DNA of 32,000 bases from Telmatocola sphagniphila (GCF_018398935.1 NZ_CP074694.1:1050001-1082000); one strand, 5' to 3'; positions 23,221 to 32,000 are shown, counted from the first letter of the stretch. Notes: generated from the letters alone by a model not told the origin. Program-made: numbers and translations.

Positions 23221-24642
23221 TCATGCCAGGATCTCCTTCACTACCCGGCCGTGGATATCGGTTAGCCGATAATCCCTACCAGAGTTTCGATAGGTCAATT
23301 TCTCGTGATCGAGCCCCATCAAGTGCAGAATTGTGGCATGGAAATCGTGAACGTGAACGGGATCTTTAGCCACGTTAATACCGTACTCGTCCGATTCGCC
23401 GAAAGTGATTCCCGGTTTAACGCCTGCTCCGGCCAACCAGGAAGAGAAAACCCAATGATGGTGCTCCCGTCCTTTGGCATCGGCCGCGGAATTAAAAGGA
23501 GTGCGGCCAAATTCGGTCGTCCAGACAACCAGCGTATCCTGTAACAGGCCGCGCTGTTTAAGATCTTTGAGAAGGCCTGCAATCGCCCCATCGACATTCT
23601 TTGCCAAAGGGACATGCGTCATCATATCGCCGTGAGCATCCCAATTGTTGGAGGAACCCACATCGATGAGCTCTACGAAGCGAACCCCTCTTTCAATGAG
23701 TCGGCGGGCGGTAAGGCACTGCCAGGCAAAGCCTTTCGTGCTGCCACGCTCCAGTCCATAGAGTTTCAAGGTGGCATCGCTCTCTTTACTGAAATCGAAC
23801 ACTTCCGGCATTTCCGACTGCATTCCAAAAGCTGTCTCGAAGCTTCTCATGCGAGCCTCCAATAGAGGATCCTTCGGATGTGAATCGAGATGGCGCTGAT
23901 TCATCTGTGCCAGAAGCCGGAGCTCCATTTCCTGCAGAGGAGCCGAAAGGGTGCGTCTTTTAATATTCGCTACCGGCTCTGCACCGGGAACCACCAGTGT
24001 ACCCTGGTGGGAGCCGGGAAGAAAATCGCTTCCCCATACTTGGCCCCCCGCGTAGGGAGATTGCGGCGCAATGACTATGAACGAAGGAAGATTGCGATTT
24101 ACCGTCCCAAGTCCATAGCTGATCCAGGATCCCATGCTGGGTCTGGCGAATGTGAAGGAACCGGTGTGCATGCCCAGTGTCGCTTCGTAGTGATTGGTGT
24201 GATCCGACTTCATGGAACGGATCACGCATAAATCGTCCACGCACTCAGCCATCTGGGGGAAGAGCTGGCTGACTTCGGTACCGCTTTTACCGTGCCTCTT
24301 GAAATCCCAATTCGGACGTTTCAGGAACATTTTAAAATCCCCTTTACGGCCCTGAAATTCATTCACCGGAATTGTTTTGGTAGCATCGGCGAAGAGCTTG
24401 GGTTTGGGATCCCAGGTATCGATATGCGATACACCGCCGCTCATATAGAGGAAGATGACTCTTTTCGCTTTGGCAGGAAAATGGCCCGGTTTCGGAGCCA
24501 GAGGATCCACGGAGGAGGAATTTCCCTCTTCCGCTAGCAGTCGAGCGACAATGCCGGGCATCAACATCGATCCGGCGATCATCGAGCGTAACGCGCCGCG
24601 ACGGGTAGGATCACCTTTTGAATTCCAGTTCATGGTTGCCAT
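23221..24642 (-). CDS. DUF1501 (sulfatase-fold) protein with Tat-type signal
   Basis: The preferred start gives MATMNWNSKGDPTRRGALRSMIAGSMLMPG, a twin-arginine-like leader. Family hallmarks are VIFLYMSGGVSHIDTWDPKP and the C-terminal DFHATILHLMGLDHEKLTYRNSGRDYRLTDIHGRVVKEILA. The ORF-track start at 24750 would overlap the upstream gene by 89 nt. Confidence 0.92.
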   Translation of the reverse strand: MATMNWNSKGDPTRRGALRSMIAGSMLMPGIVARLLAEEGNSSSVDPLAPKPGHFPAKAKRVIFLYMSGGVSHIDTWDPKPKLFADATKTIPVNEFQGRKGDFKMFLKRPNWDFKRHGKSGTEVSQLFPQMAECVDDLCVIRSMKSDHTNHYEATLGMHTGSFTFARPSMGSWISYGLGTVNRNLPSFIVIAPQSPYAGGQVWGSDFLPGSHQGTLVVPGAEPVANIKRRTLSAPLQEMELRLLAQMNQRHLDSHPKDPLLEARMRSFETAFGMQSEMPEVFDFSKESDATLKLYGLERGSTKGFAWQCLTARRLIERGVRFVELIDVGSSNNWDAHGDMMTHVPLAKNVDGAIAGLLKDLKQRGLLQDTLVVWTTEFGRTPFNSAADAKGREHHHWVFSSWLAGAGVKPGITFGESDEYGINVAKDPVHVHDFHATILHLMGLDHEKLTYRNSGRDYRLTDIHGRVVKEILA

Positions 24643-24661
24643 CCGAAATCGGGGGAGGTAT

Positions 24662-25792
24662 TTAGTCCACGTGCAAAAATTCATTGCTGCCGAGCAGGGT
24701 GCGCAAGTAGGCCGCGAGGGATCGCTGCTCGACGTTGTCCAGCTTGGCATTTTTCAATTCTGTTCGATACGCATTCAGGAAACCGAGTGCTTCGCTTCTT
24801 TCCTGTTCGCTCGGTGTTCGGCCTATGGCTTGTATCCAGGCGAGTTCAATCTGTCTCAATGGATCTGGAGAGCTCAATTGAAGTCGACTGGCCCATTTCT
24901 GAGCTTTCGCATGAACGAACGGATCGTTCAGGAAAAACAGCGATTGTGTAGGTACAGTAGTCGTTTGCCGATCTGCCGTGGTCGCATTCGGGTCGGCTCC
25001 ATCAAACAGCGCCAGGAACGGATGTCGCTTCAGTCGCTGGGTCATGAGATAAATGCTCCGTTTATCGTGCTCATAGACAGCACTAAATGGAGAATGCTGC
25101 GAATAGCCCCATTGCGCCGGGGAAGGGAATGGGTGCTCTTTGGCAGGCGTGCGGTCCAATTCCCCGCTAACGGCAAGAATCGAGTCCCGAATCTCTTCGG
25201 CACTCATGCGTCGGCGCGGGAATGAGATATAAAGATCGCTGATATCGAGATTCTTTCTGGTACTGGATTCAGAAGAGTCCGGAATTGATGATTGTTGATA
25301 GGCGGAGCTCAGCATGATTAAACGGTGCATTTCCTTGATTGACCAACCGTTTTTCATGAAGTGACTCGCCAAATGGTCGAGCAATTCGGGATGCGTCGGT
25401 GGCAAGCCGCGAACCCCGAAATCGTTGGGAGTTTTAACGAGTCCTCGACCGAAATGGTGTTGCCAAATTCTATTCACTATTACCCGAGCAGTTAAAGGGT
25501 TATCGGCTCGGGTGAGCCAATTCGCCAGTTCTAATCGCCCGCTTCCCACGATATTTGGTGGAAGTGCGTTGCCGCCGAGCGACCGGATAAGACTGCGAGG
25601 AACCATCTCTCCCGGTTTGTCGGGCTCGCCACGCAACTGAATGGCAACGTTATGGGGAGTCCCTTCCACAACTCCGTAAGTCATCTCAAAGGGGCCTTCG
25701 ATGAGCTTCTTGCTAAAAACCCTTTTGTCTGCTTCCAGCCGCAGTAGCTGAGCGCGTAATTCCATAATCTGAGCACGGCGATTCCTCTCCAA
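24662..25792 (-). CDS. C-terminal fragment (DUF1553 / PSD1 part) of a frameshifted PSCyt1-DUF1549-DUF1553 gene
   Basis: The fragment contains TYGVVEGTPHNVAIQLRGEPDKPGEMVPRSLIRSLGG, NRIWQHHFGRGLV, and the family-typical end LLGSNEFLHVD. It has no plausible start of its own. This frame is open upstream as far as 25897 and continues the upstream fragment if one C is added to the C6 run (plus-strand G6 at 25808-25813). Confidence 0.85.
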   Translation of the reverse strand: MERNRRAQIMELRAQLLRLEADKRVFSKKLIEGPFEMTYGVVEGTPHNVAIQLRGEPDKPGEMVPRSLIRSLGGNALPPNIVGSGRLELANWLTRADNPLTARVIVNRIWQHHFGRGLVKTPNDFGVRGLPPTHPELLDHLASHFMKNGWSIKEMHRLIMLSSAYQQSSIPDSSESSTRKNLDISDLYISFPRRRMSAEEIRDSILAVSGELDRTPAKEHPFPSPAQWGYSQHSPFSAVYEHDKRSIYLMTQRLKRHPFLALFDGADPNATTADRQTTTVPTQSLFFLNDPFVHAKAQKWASRLQLSSPDPLRQIELAWIQAIGRTPSEQERSEALGFLNAYRTELKNAKLDNVEQRSLAAYLRTLLGSNEFLHVD

Positions 25793-28440
25793 CGGATTTG
25801 CCTTGGCGGGGGGCCATCGAAAGCCGGCAATGGCTTGTTCTGGATCACGAAATTGTCGGCATCCAGAGAAGGTCGAACGCCACCGATGTGGCCATAGCTA
25901 TCAATGAAAGTATGGTTGAGGGTACCGTCCCAACCGGTAGCAAACTGGCCCTCAAAAGTGACTCTGCCGGTATGGGAAGTTAGAGAACCTCTATAGGATT
26001 TTAATTTGAGATCGAGAGTCAGTTGCAGCTGATACCATTGGCCGCATACTAAAGACCCCACCGCTTCCCGAGCGTCACCGCTCTGACGGAAAAATTTCTC
26101 GCCGTTGAAGAACAGTTCAACAGCTGCTGATTGTCCGGGGCCATGCCCAATGTAATACCTCCAGGAACCATTACCTCCCGCTGCCTGGCTTTCACAGCGG
26201 AAATCGAAACCGAGGTAGAGTAAACCCTGTGGATTGGGGCTCAATTTGGGGAGAGCCTGGCCGAAGCCATCGTACTCCCCGCGGTTGGGCATGTGGATTC
26301 CCAACTGCCCTTTTTCGTAAAGGTTCTCGAAAGGGCTTTGCGAGTTGACCGACAATTTCACCGCACTATTCGGCCCGGCGTTCCAAGGAGCAATAGGTGG
26401 CTGATCGTTAGCTTGCGATTCGAAATCTCCATCAATTCCTGCGATAGCCTGAAGTTGTTCCGCAATTGAGACGCGATCGAGTTTTTTGTCATTATTGGCT
26501 GCAGGCGGCTTCTCAGAGAACGCGGGAATAGGACTGAGTTGCACGCCAATATTGTCGTAGTCAATTGCGGGATGTTTCTGTTGCTGATTCACCGAATCCA
26601 ATTCGACCGATTCGATGCGACCCATCCACTCCTGCGAAATCGATTTCTCTTTAAACTCACTAGTTGAGCCGGGGAAACCATATCGACCGGAGATCTTCCG
26701 ATTTTTAAGATCCAGATCGAGTTGGAGGTTGTACCACTGGTTCGGCTGAATTGCTCCTAAACGTTCAATGGAAGCACCGCTCTTTAATGTGAGAGCATCG
26801 GCAGAAATCAAGATTTCGAAGACTGGTACAGAACCAATTGAATCGAGTCTGAAACGATGCATTCCCTTTGCTGGGAGATTACCATTGCCGACTCGGAAGT
26901 CGAGATTCACGTAGAGATGGCTACTATTTGAATCCGTATATATCGGATACAAAGCCTGCTTTACACTATAGTCTTCCGCTCCCGAGGATATCGAAATACC
27001 CGCTTTACCCGAGGGATAGAGATTCTGAAAGGGGCTTTGAGCGGCGTTGGTAACCGCGATTTTTCCCTCGTAAAGCCAAGGAGGGACAAGCACGCCATTG
27101 CTACCTCCCGCAGCAGGGGCCTGCATTTCAAAATCGCCATCCATTTCATGAAGAGAATGCTGGATGGAAACGGGTAGACTTTGCTTCTCTCTTGACAGTT
27201 CGCGAGAAAGCTGAGCGACTTGTCTTTGGAACTCGCGCCATTTGAGTTGCGATTCCGCAGGAGGCTCAAGAGGGACCATCAATGAATTTCGCTGCTTCTG
27301 CTCTGAACCTGGAAATGCGTAACGGCTACTATCGAAGATGGCATAGAGTCCGTAATAATCTTTCATCGAAATGGCATCGAATTTGTGATCGTGACATCGA
27401 GCACAACCCAGACTCAGTCCCAGAATTGATTGGCCTAGCGTATCGATCGTGTCCTGAATGGTCAGATACTGGTAGTTTTCGGAATCGAAGCCGAATCGTC
27501 GGGATATGGCTAGGTATCCGGTTGCAATTACCTGCTCGGCATACTTCTCGCGGGGACCTTGATTCGCCAATATGTCGCCGGCAATTTGCTCGCGCAGAAA
27601 TTGATCGTAAGGCTTGTCTGCATTGAAAGAATCGATGACGTAGTTCCGATAACGCCAGGCCTGCGGAACGGGATAATCGGCCGTGTCGCCCGCGGTATCG
27701 GCATAGCGAACAATATCGAGCCAATGCCGGCCCCATCGTTCGCCATATGCGGGAGATTTCAGCAATCGCTCGATGAGCGATGCATATGCACCGGGCGAAG
27801 TATCCTTCAAGAAGATGTCAATCTCAGCGGGAGTGGGAGGTAATCCCGTCAGATCTAAGGTTGCTCGCCGAATTAAGATCAGTTTGTCGGCTGGCTTCGC
27901 AGCTTTCAATCCAGATTTGATTTGACGGGAATGGAGGAAGGCATCGATACTATTTTGTTTGAGAGAATCATTAGAAATCCTTGGAGGTGGCCAATCACGA
28001 ACAGGTTCGAAAGACCAGTGTTTCGCGGCCAGGAATTTAGCGGATTTCGAGGGCCAGTTCGCTCCTTCCTTGACCCACTTTTCGAAGTAGGCGATTTGTT
28101 CGGACTTCAAGGCTTTTTCTTTTTCAGGTGGCATGGCTGAGATGTCGGCTTGGCGTCGAATCGCACGTATAAGGAGGCTTTCTTCCGGCTTACCGATAAC
28201 CAGGGCGGGACCGGAATCTCCGCCTTTGAGAAGAGCTTCCCGGGAATCCAGTCTCAATCCGCCGGAAGTCTTGATGCCACCGTGGCAGCGAAAGCAGGTA
28301 TCAATTAGAATCGGGCGAATTTTCGATTCGAAAAAATCCTCGCGTTCGTCCGCCCGAACTAGTGACGGCTGAGCAGCCAGGAAAATCAGGAATAGAATCG
28401 CGCCAGGGTAAGACTGCAGTCTCATACCAGACGGCTCCAA
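25681..28440 (-). CDS. N-terminal fragment (signal peptide, PSCyt1 CxxCH domain, DUF1549, two inserted beta-sandwich-like domains) of the same frameshifted gene
   Basis: The leader is MRLQSYPGAILFLIFLAAQPSLVRA. The planctomycete cytochrome-c-like motif is FFESKIRPILIDTCFRCHGG...GGLRLDS. The DUF1549 part is IDAFLHSRQ..GLKAAKPADKLILIRRATLDLTGLPPTPAEID...ERWGRHWLDIVRYADT, followed by LGCARCHDHKFDAIS. The last ~35 codons (RQIRWRGIAVLRLWNYALSYCGW...) look like out-of-frame read-through. Confidence 0.88.
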   Translation of the reverse strand: MEPSGMRLQSYPGAILFLIFLAAQPSLVRADEREDFFESKIRPILIDTCFRCHGGIKTSGGLRLDSREALLKGGDSGPALVIGKPEESLLIRAIRRQADISAMPPEKEKALKSEQIAYFEKWVKEGANWPSKSAKFLAAKHWSFEPVRDWPPPRISNDSLKQNSIDAFLHSRQIKSGLKAAKPADKLILIRRATLDLTGLPPTPAEIDIFLKDTSPGAYASLIERLLKSPAYGERWGRHWLDIVRYADTAGDTADYPVPQAWRYRNYVIDSFNADKPYDQFLREQIAGDILANQGPREKYAEQVIATGYLAISRRFGFDSENYQYLTIQDTIDTLGQSILGLSLGCARCHDHKFDAISMKDYYGLYAIFDSSRYAFPGSEQKQRNSLMVPLEPPAESQLKWREFQRQVAQLSRELSREKQSLPVSIQHSLHEMDGDFEMQAPAAGGSNGVLVPPWLYEGKIAVTNAAQSPFQNLYPSGKAGISISSGAEDYSVKQALYPIYTDSNSSHLYVNLDFRVGNGNLPAKGMHRFRLDSIGSVPVFEILISADALTLKSGASIERLGAIQPNQWYNLQLDLDLKNRKISGRYGFPGSTSEFKEKSISQEWMGRIESVELDSVNQQQKHPAIDYDNIGVQLSPIPAFSEKPPAANNDKKLDRVSIAEQLQAIAGIDGDFESQANDQPPIAPWNAGPNSAVKLSVNSQSPFENLYEKGQLGIHMPNRGEYDGFGQALPKLSPNPQGLLYLGFDFRCESQAAGGNGSWRYYIGHGPGQSAAVELFFNGEKFFRQSGDAREAVGSLVCGQWYQLQLTLDLKLKSYRGSLTSHTGRVTFEGQFATGWDGTLNHTFIDSYGHIGGVRPSLDADNFVIQNKPLPAFDGPPPRQIRWRGIAVLRLWNYALSYCGWKQTKGFLARSSSKAPLR

Positions 28441-28961
28441 TCGGATTGGCAGACTTTCGGCTGCGGGGTGGGAAGGAAGTCAAAGCCGAAACTGTGCGTA
28501 AGAATATGATGCTATCATACAGCACTTTAAGGATCACATCAACCTTCCGATTCGGAGAGTATCGGAACAGTTCCCCAGCAACACGACTCCTGAGTGAACC
28601 ATCTAGGATTCAAGATTATCTGTCGAATCAGTTTGGCTTCGCGATAAGCTCAGCTTTCGCTCTTAAACGTGAATCGATCAGGGACTTGTTTTCTGCAATA
28701 GCGATTGATTTGTCTCGTCCCGGATTGAAGTGTACCTCCTGTTTCGGAATCCCCGATGAGGTTAGACAACCCTTGGTGACGTAGCTCGGCCAATTATTCG
28801 CGAGCAAGCCCAATACGTTTAGAATGATCTCCCTTCTTCAGCACTGCTTAGTGACTGAAGCGTGGAGGGGAATCATTTTAATCAGTGGTGCTTCGGAAAA
28901 AGGAATCATGGGAATATTCCCACTTCCATCGTGCCCGATTCCGGCACTTCTGGCGCGAACC

Positions 28962-29768
28962 TCATGCCTTCGGAGAAACTTTTTTATTGAGTTTGGTTCT
29001 AGAGCGCGAGCTTCTCTTTTGGGTTTGATCGCGGAAATCGGAAGGGGTAAACCCTGTTGCGCATCGGAAAGTTCTGGAAAAGGCGCTGTGATCGTAAAAA
29101 CCACATGACTGAGCAATCGCCGTTATGGATAGATTCGTTTCTTGCAGAAGGCGTGAGGCTGCCGAAATTCGCGTCTTCAGAAGAAATTGAGCTGTAGTCA
29201 CACCGAACACATACTTCATCAGCCGAAGCAATCTCTGCGATGTAATCCCAGCTCGACGGGCCAGATTGGCCGGCGTGACCTCGCTTGAAAGAGTCCTCTC
29301 GAATTCCTCCAAGGCAGTGGCTAATCCTTTAGGAATATCGTTACGCTGCAAAGGCGCCCGCACGTCGCGAGAAAATCCGATGATTCCCACGATGTGTCCT
29401 ATTGCGTTGCGAATCGGTAATTTTGTCGTCAAACACCACACGGCTTCCCGGGGTCGCTGCCATTGAAGTTCCAAATGATCGATCAACGGAATACCTGTCT
29501 GCAATATCTGGAAATCCTGTTCGGAAGGTATGCGGCCAAAATCTCCCGGGCAGATATCCTGCGGACGTTTACCCAGAGCATCCGATTTTCGAGTTAAGCC
29601 GTGACGAGAAACGAGCGATTCGTTCACTGCAAGATATCGACCCCGATTGTCCTTGATGAAAAAAGCCAAATCCGGCGTTATATCAAAGAGAGTCTGCAGC
29701 ACTTCAACATCGATCGGTAGGCAATCGTTTTTTCCTGCCACGGCATTCTGCAGTGTGCGCGAATTCAT
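28962..29768 (-). CDS. AraC-family transcriptional regulator with N-terminal PAS-like sensor domain
   Basis: The PAS-like N-terminus is LQTLFDITPDLAFFIKDNRGRYLAVNESLVSRHGLTRKSDALGKRPQDI...WCLTTKLPIRNAIGHIVGIIGFSRDV. The C-terminal double HTH is LARRAGITSQRLLRLMKYVFGVTTAQFLLKTRISAASRLLQETNLSITAIAQSCGFYDHSAFSRTFRCATGFTPSDFR. I prefer the ATG at 29768; GTG at 29780 is the ORF-track start. Confidence 0.9.
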   Translation of the reverse strand: MNSRTLQNAVAGKNDCLPIDVEVLQTLFDITPDLAFFIKDNRGRYLAVNESLVSRHGLTRKSDALGKRPQDICPGDFGRIPSEQDFQILQTGIPLIDHLELQWQRPREAVWCLTTKLPIRNAIGHIVGIIGFSRDVRAPLQRNDIPKGLATALEEFERTLSSEVTPANLARRAGITSQRLLRLMKYVFGVTTAQFLLKTRISAASRLLQETNLSITAIAQSCGFYDHSAFSRTFRCATGFTPSDFRDQTQKRSSRSRTKLNKKVSPKA

Positions 29769-30059
29769 GTTAAGTTGCACTTACTTTACAAGCAGATAAT
29801 GATCCCCGTCGGGTACAATAGACTACAATAGCAGGTTTTCAATAGCTCAGAAGGTGCATACCGATAGAAGTGACTTCGGCGCGTTTCGATGTCTGCGGAT
29901 TCTCGATGAGAGTTCGATCACAATCGGTTTTTTTTGGATGGACCCCAAGGGAAGGGGGTGAGTAGCCGATTCCAGGCCTGCACGAATCGCTTATACCTCG
30001 GAAGATTTGCAAAAAACCTTGCTTAGTTAGCTTATGACGATTTTGAATCCCTATGAAGT

Positions 30060-32000
30060 AGGGAGTGTAAAAAAAAGCCGCTTACCCTCACAGCCCAATT
30101 CGGAAGAGGGATTTCTGTTAATAATATTTCAGCACTTAGAATCAATCAAAAACATAGCAGGAACCAGCATGATGTCACTCAAGCGATCCTATTACTCGAT
30201 GTTCGCCAGTCTGCTTCTAGTCCTCAAACAAGCGAAGTTTTTGATGCCAATTCCGTGGGGAGTTTTAGCGAGATAGTTCGATGAGTCCTCCGCGCCGGAG
30301 CTTTTCGCTCGGCCGAACGCATACTTCTATTTTTCAAACATTCTTCCTTTCCGCGAATAGCTCTCGGCGTTTTATCGGATCGGGACATCCGGATCCCGAC
30401 TTCATTCGGTCGAACGATCAACACCTCAGTGCTTTCAGTAGCCGGAAGAAGATTGGCAAGTGCGGGTTCCAGCCGAGCAATCGATAGACGATGCGGCCGG
30501 CCTTCCGGACGATCTGACAAGGCAGAAGCATGAAAGCATTGAGGAAGGTTTTGAATTCCATTTTCAAAACCGACTGCTTCTGGTCCCGATGCTTTTCCCG
30601 CCAGCGACCAGGAGTTTCCGGCAACGTCAAGGCCCACCAGGCTTTCAAGTTCCAGGCCAGGGAGGCCATCACCATGTACGCCCAATTGCTTTCCAGATCG
30701 TGCAGCGGCGCGTGCAAGGCCCGGCAACCGCCCTTGAGCTGCGCTATCAGATTTTCCTGATTGCAGCGATCGTTGGCTTCGTAGACGACTTCCGCGGCCG
30801 TGCACTCCCGGTCGTTGGTGATGTAGAAGAAATAGCGTTCGTCCGGATACAGAACGGATTCGCCTTTTTCCACGGAAAGATTCTTGCGAATCACCACCAG
30901 GCGATACGCCCTTCGGCAAGCGGTCGGTTGGTACTCGAACTCGGCCACCGCTTCGGAGATCAACTTCACATTTACGAATTCCCGCTCTTGGACGATCCGC
31001 TCCTTGGTGTTTTCCCGTCGGTGTCGCAACTTCGCTTTCGCCGAGTATTGCGCGGGACGCTCGAACTCGTGCCAGGCCGACTCCGGCAGGTTTTCCGCCA
31101 TTGCTTCGAGGTTTTGCTTCGAATCGTAGCCGAAATAAAAGCGTACTTTGGCGTTGGCATCCCAGCCGTCGAGGCGAGTGGTCTGCGAGAAATCGGTGTC
31201 GCCGCGAAAGACGATCCTGCGAAAGCCCGCTTGAAGGCACAGCAAAAGAGCCCGGTCGAGTTCGACCGCGGCCCCTTCGTGCGAAGGGCGATTGCCGGGA
31301 CGGTTGACGATGCTCAGCGTCTCACCGGTGTTGGCCAGGGTCACCGCCAGGGGGTGGTAACACCAGTCTCTGTTATAGTTGATGTCCATCCCCGCTTTAC
31401 GCTCGCCACGCGTTTGGGTAAAGCTGCCGTCGGCGTCGATCTTCGCGCATTCCCAAAAGGAATCGGGTTGCTTCGACCAGACGCGTAAACGGGTCTGGTT
31501 GAAAGCGTCGATCAAAGCCTGGATGCTGCCACTATCGAAGCGTCGACAAAAGTCGCCCGAAGTAGTCGGGTCGGGAAAACGCTGAGTGCCCAAGGCGTTG
31601 AGAAAGTTTTCGTCGCTGCGACGCAGTTCCATGTCTTGCAGGCAGGTACCCCCGCAAAGGGAATTGTAAGCGATGGCCAATACGTGGTCCGATTCCGAGT
31701 AAGGCTTTTGAAACTGGAGCAGATGCAGCTTCTCGTCGATGTCGTCGATCAGTCCGATACGCCGGGCCAGAAGGTGCATGGCCCCGAGGCCTCCGCAACT
31801 GATCGCCCCCACGCGTTCGGAGACTTCGTAATGAATGTTGGAGGCGTCGAAAGAAGGAGCGAAGGTCATCGCGGCCTCTCGCTTAGCCAGGCGACGTTCG
31901 ATTCGACTCTTGCATTTTTGAAACCAACGTCCGAAAATAACATTCACTCGAAACTCCTTTTTGCGACTGTCGATTTGTTAAGCGGTTACTTACACAAACC
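30060..32000 (-). mobile_element. IS1380-family insertion sequence (boundaries tentative; right end at or beyond the window edge)
   Basis: The span holds the transposase gene plus candidate imperfect terminal inverted repeats. GTGTAA(n7)CCGCTTA lies at 30065-30084. Its inverted counterpart TAAGCGG(n4)TTACAC lies at 31979-31995. Confidence 0.4.
30418..31947 (-). CDS. IS1380-family (DDE group 1) transposase
   Basis: The intact product is 509 aa. It has the N-terminal GGLGAMHLLARRIGLIDDIDEKL...YSESDHVLAIAYNSLCGGTCLQDMELRRSDENFLNALG...PDPTTSGDFCRRF pattern. It then has DADGSF..., ...YHPLAV... and ...FRGDTDF..., which I recognise as IS1380-type transposase blocks. AAGGAG lies ~10 nt upstream of the ATG. 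Confidence 0.78.
   Translation of the reverse strand: MNVIFGRWFQKCKSRIERRLAKREAAMTFAPSFDASNIHYEVSERVGAISCGGLGAMHLLARRIGLIDDIDEKLHLLQFQKPYSESDHVLAIAYNSLCGGTCLQDMELRRSDENFLNALGTQRFPDPTTSGDFCRRFDSGSIQALIDAFNQTRLRVWSKQPDSFWECAKIDADGSFTQTRGERKAGMDINYNRDWCYHPLAVTLANTGETLSIVNRPGNRPSHEGAAVELDRALLLCLQAGFRRIVFRGDTDFSQTTRLDGWDANAKVRFYFGYDSKQNLEAMAENLPESAWHEFERPAQYSAKAKLRHRRENTKERIVQEREFVNVKLISEAVAEFEYQPTACRRAYRLVVIRKNLSVEKGESVLYPDERYFFYITNDRECTAAEVVYEANDRCNQENLIAQLKGGCRALHAPLHDLESNWAYMVMASLAWNLKAWWALTLPETPGRWREKHRDQKQSVLKMEFKTFLNAFMLLPCQIVRKAGRIVYRLLGWNPHLPIFFRLLKALRC

Noticed and set aside
24643-24750. Upstream extension of the DUF1501 ORF (start at 24750)
   Set aside because: It would overlap the stop of the DUF1553 fragment by 89 nt and add a Cys/Ser/Thr-rich non-signal sequence. 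The ATG at 24642 yields a Tat-like RRGALRSMIAG leader.
28362-29116. ORFs of 140 aa, 61 aa, 94 aa and 92 aa between the PSCyt gene and the AraC gene, and a CTTCAG..CTGAAG hairpin near 28843-28867
   Set aside because: They have no motifs and overlap one another and the AraC 3' end. The hairpin is short, bulged and has no T-run.
30034-30276. 80-aa plus-strand ORF in the AT-rich stretch next to the IS1380-type element
   Set aside because: It has AT-rich, low-information sequence and no motifs. It probably lies inside the non-coding tail of the IS.
30224-31798. ORFs of 338 aa (minus strand), 342 aa (plus strand) and smaller ones overlapping the IS1380-family transposase
   Set aside because: They are alternative-frame or antisense shadows of an intact 509-aa transposase gene. 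Their products are Arg/Gly/Pro-rich with no motifs.

Overview
The window reads as chromosomal DNA from a member of the Planctomycetota. This is an inference from hallmark families: a DUF1559 prepilin-like H-X9-DG protein, a PSCyt1/DUF1549/DUF1553 giant protein paired with DUF1501, and an N-terminal LExLExR motif on a repeat adhesin. No homology search could be run, so every family call rests on motif recognition in the translated ORFs.

Gene order, left to right:
- Two IS630-family remnants lie head to head. One is cut by the window edge and the other is multiply broken.
- A secreted-type protein carries four tandem Ig/cadherin-like repeats.
- An RND efflux permease and its lipoprotein adaptor sit beside a divergent TetR regulator with a candidate palindromic operator. 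No outer-membrane factor is present.
- An exported AXE1/CE7-type esterase follows, then MgtC.
- A short AT-rich island carries iteron-like repeats and a RepA-like (AAA_25-type) ATPase.
- A 54-aa YtjA/DUF1328 gene is missing from the ORF track.
- A five-gene minus-strand cluster encodes a DUF1559 protein, a small lipoprotein, a 1317-aa CobN/ChlH-family protein, a MotA/TolQ/ExbB-family channel and a DUF2149/ExbD-like protein.
- A periplasmic two-domain rhodanese is followed by a short PiT-family permease.
- A DUF1501 gene sits next to a PSCyt1-DUF1549-DUF1553 gene split by a frameshift in a C6 homopolymer.
- A PAS-AraC regulator is followed by an IS1380-family insertion sequence at the right edge.

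The best candidate for an undescribed system is the CobN-like cluster. The chelatase homologue has a Sec signal peptide and a C-terminal membrane anchor. It has no AAA+ partner in the window. It is translationally coupled, through two 8-nt ATGNNTAA overlaps, to a proton-channel pair. This suggests a pmf-energised extracytoplasmic (de)chelatase.

No tRNA, rRNA, CRISPR array or recognisable riboswitch was found.
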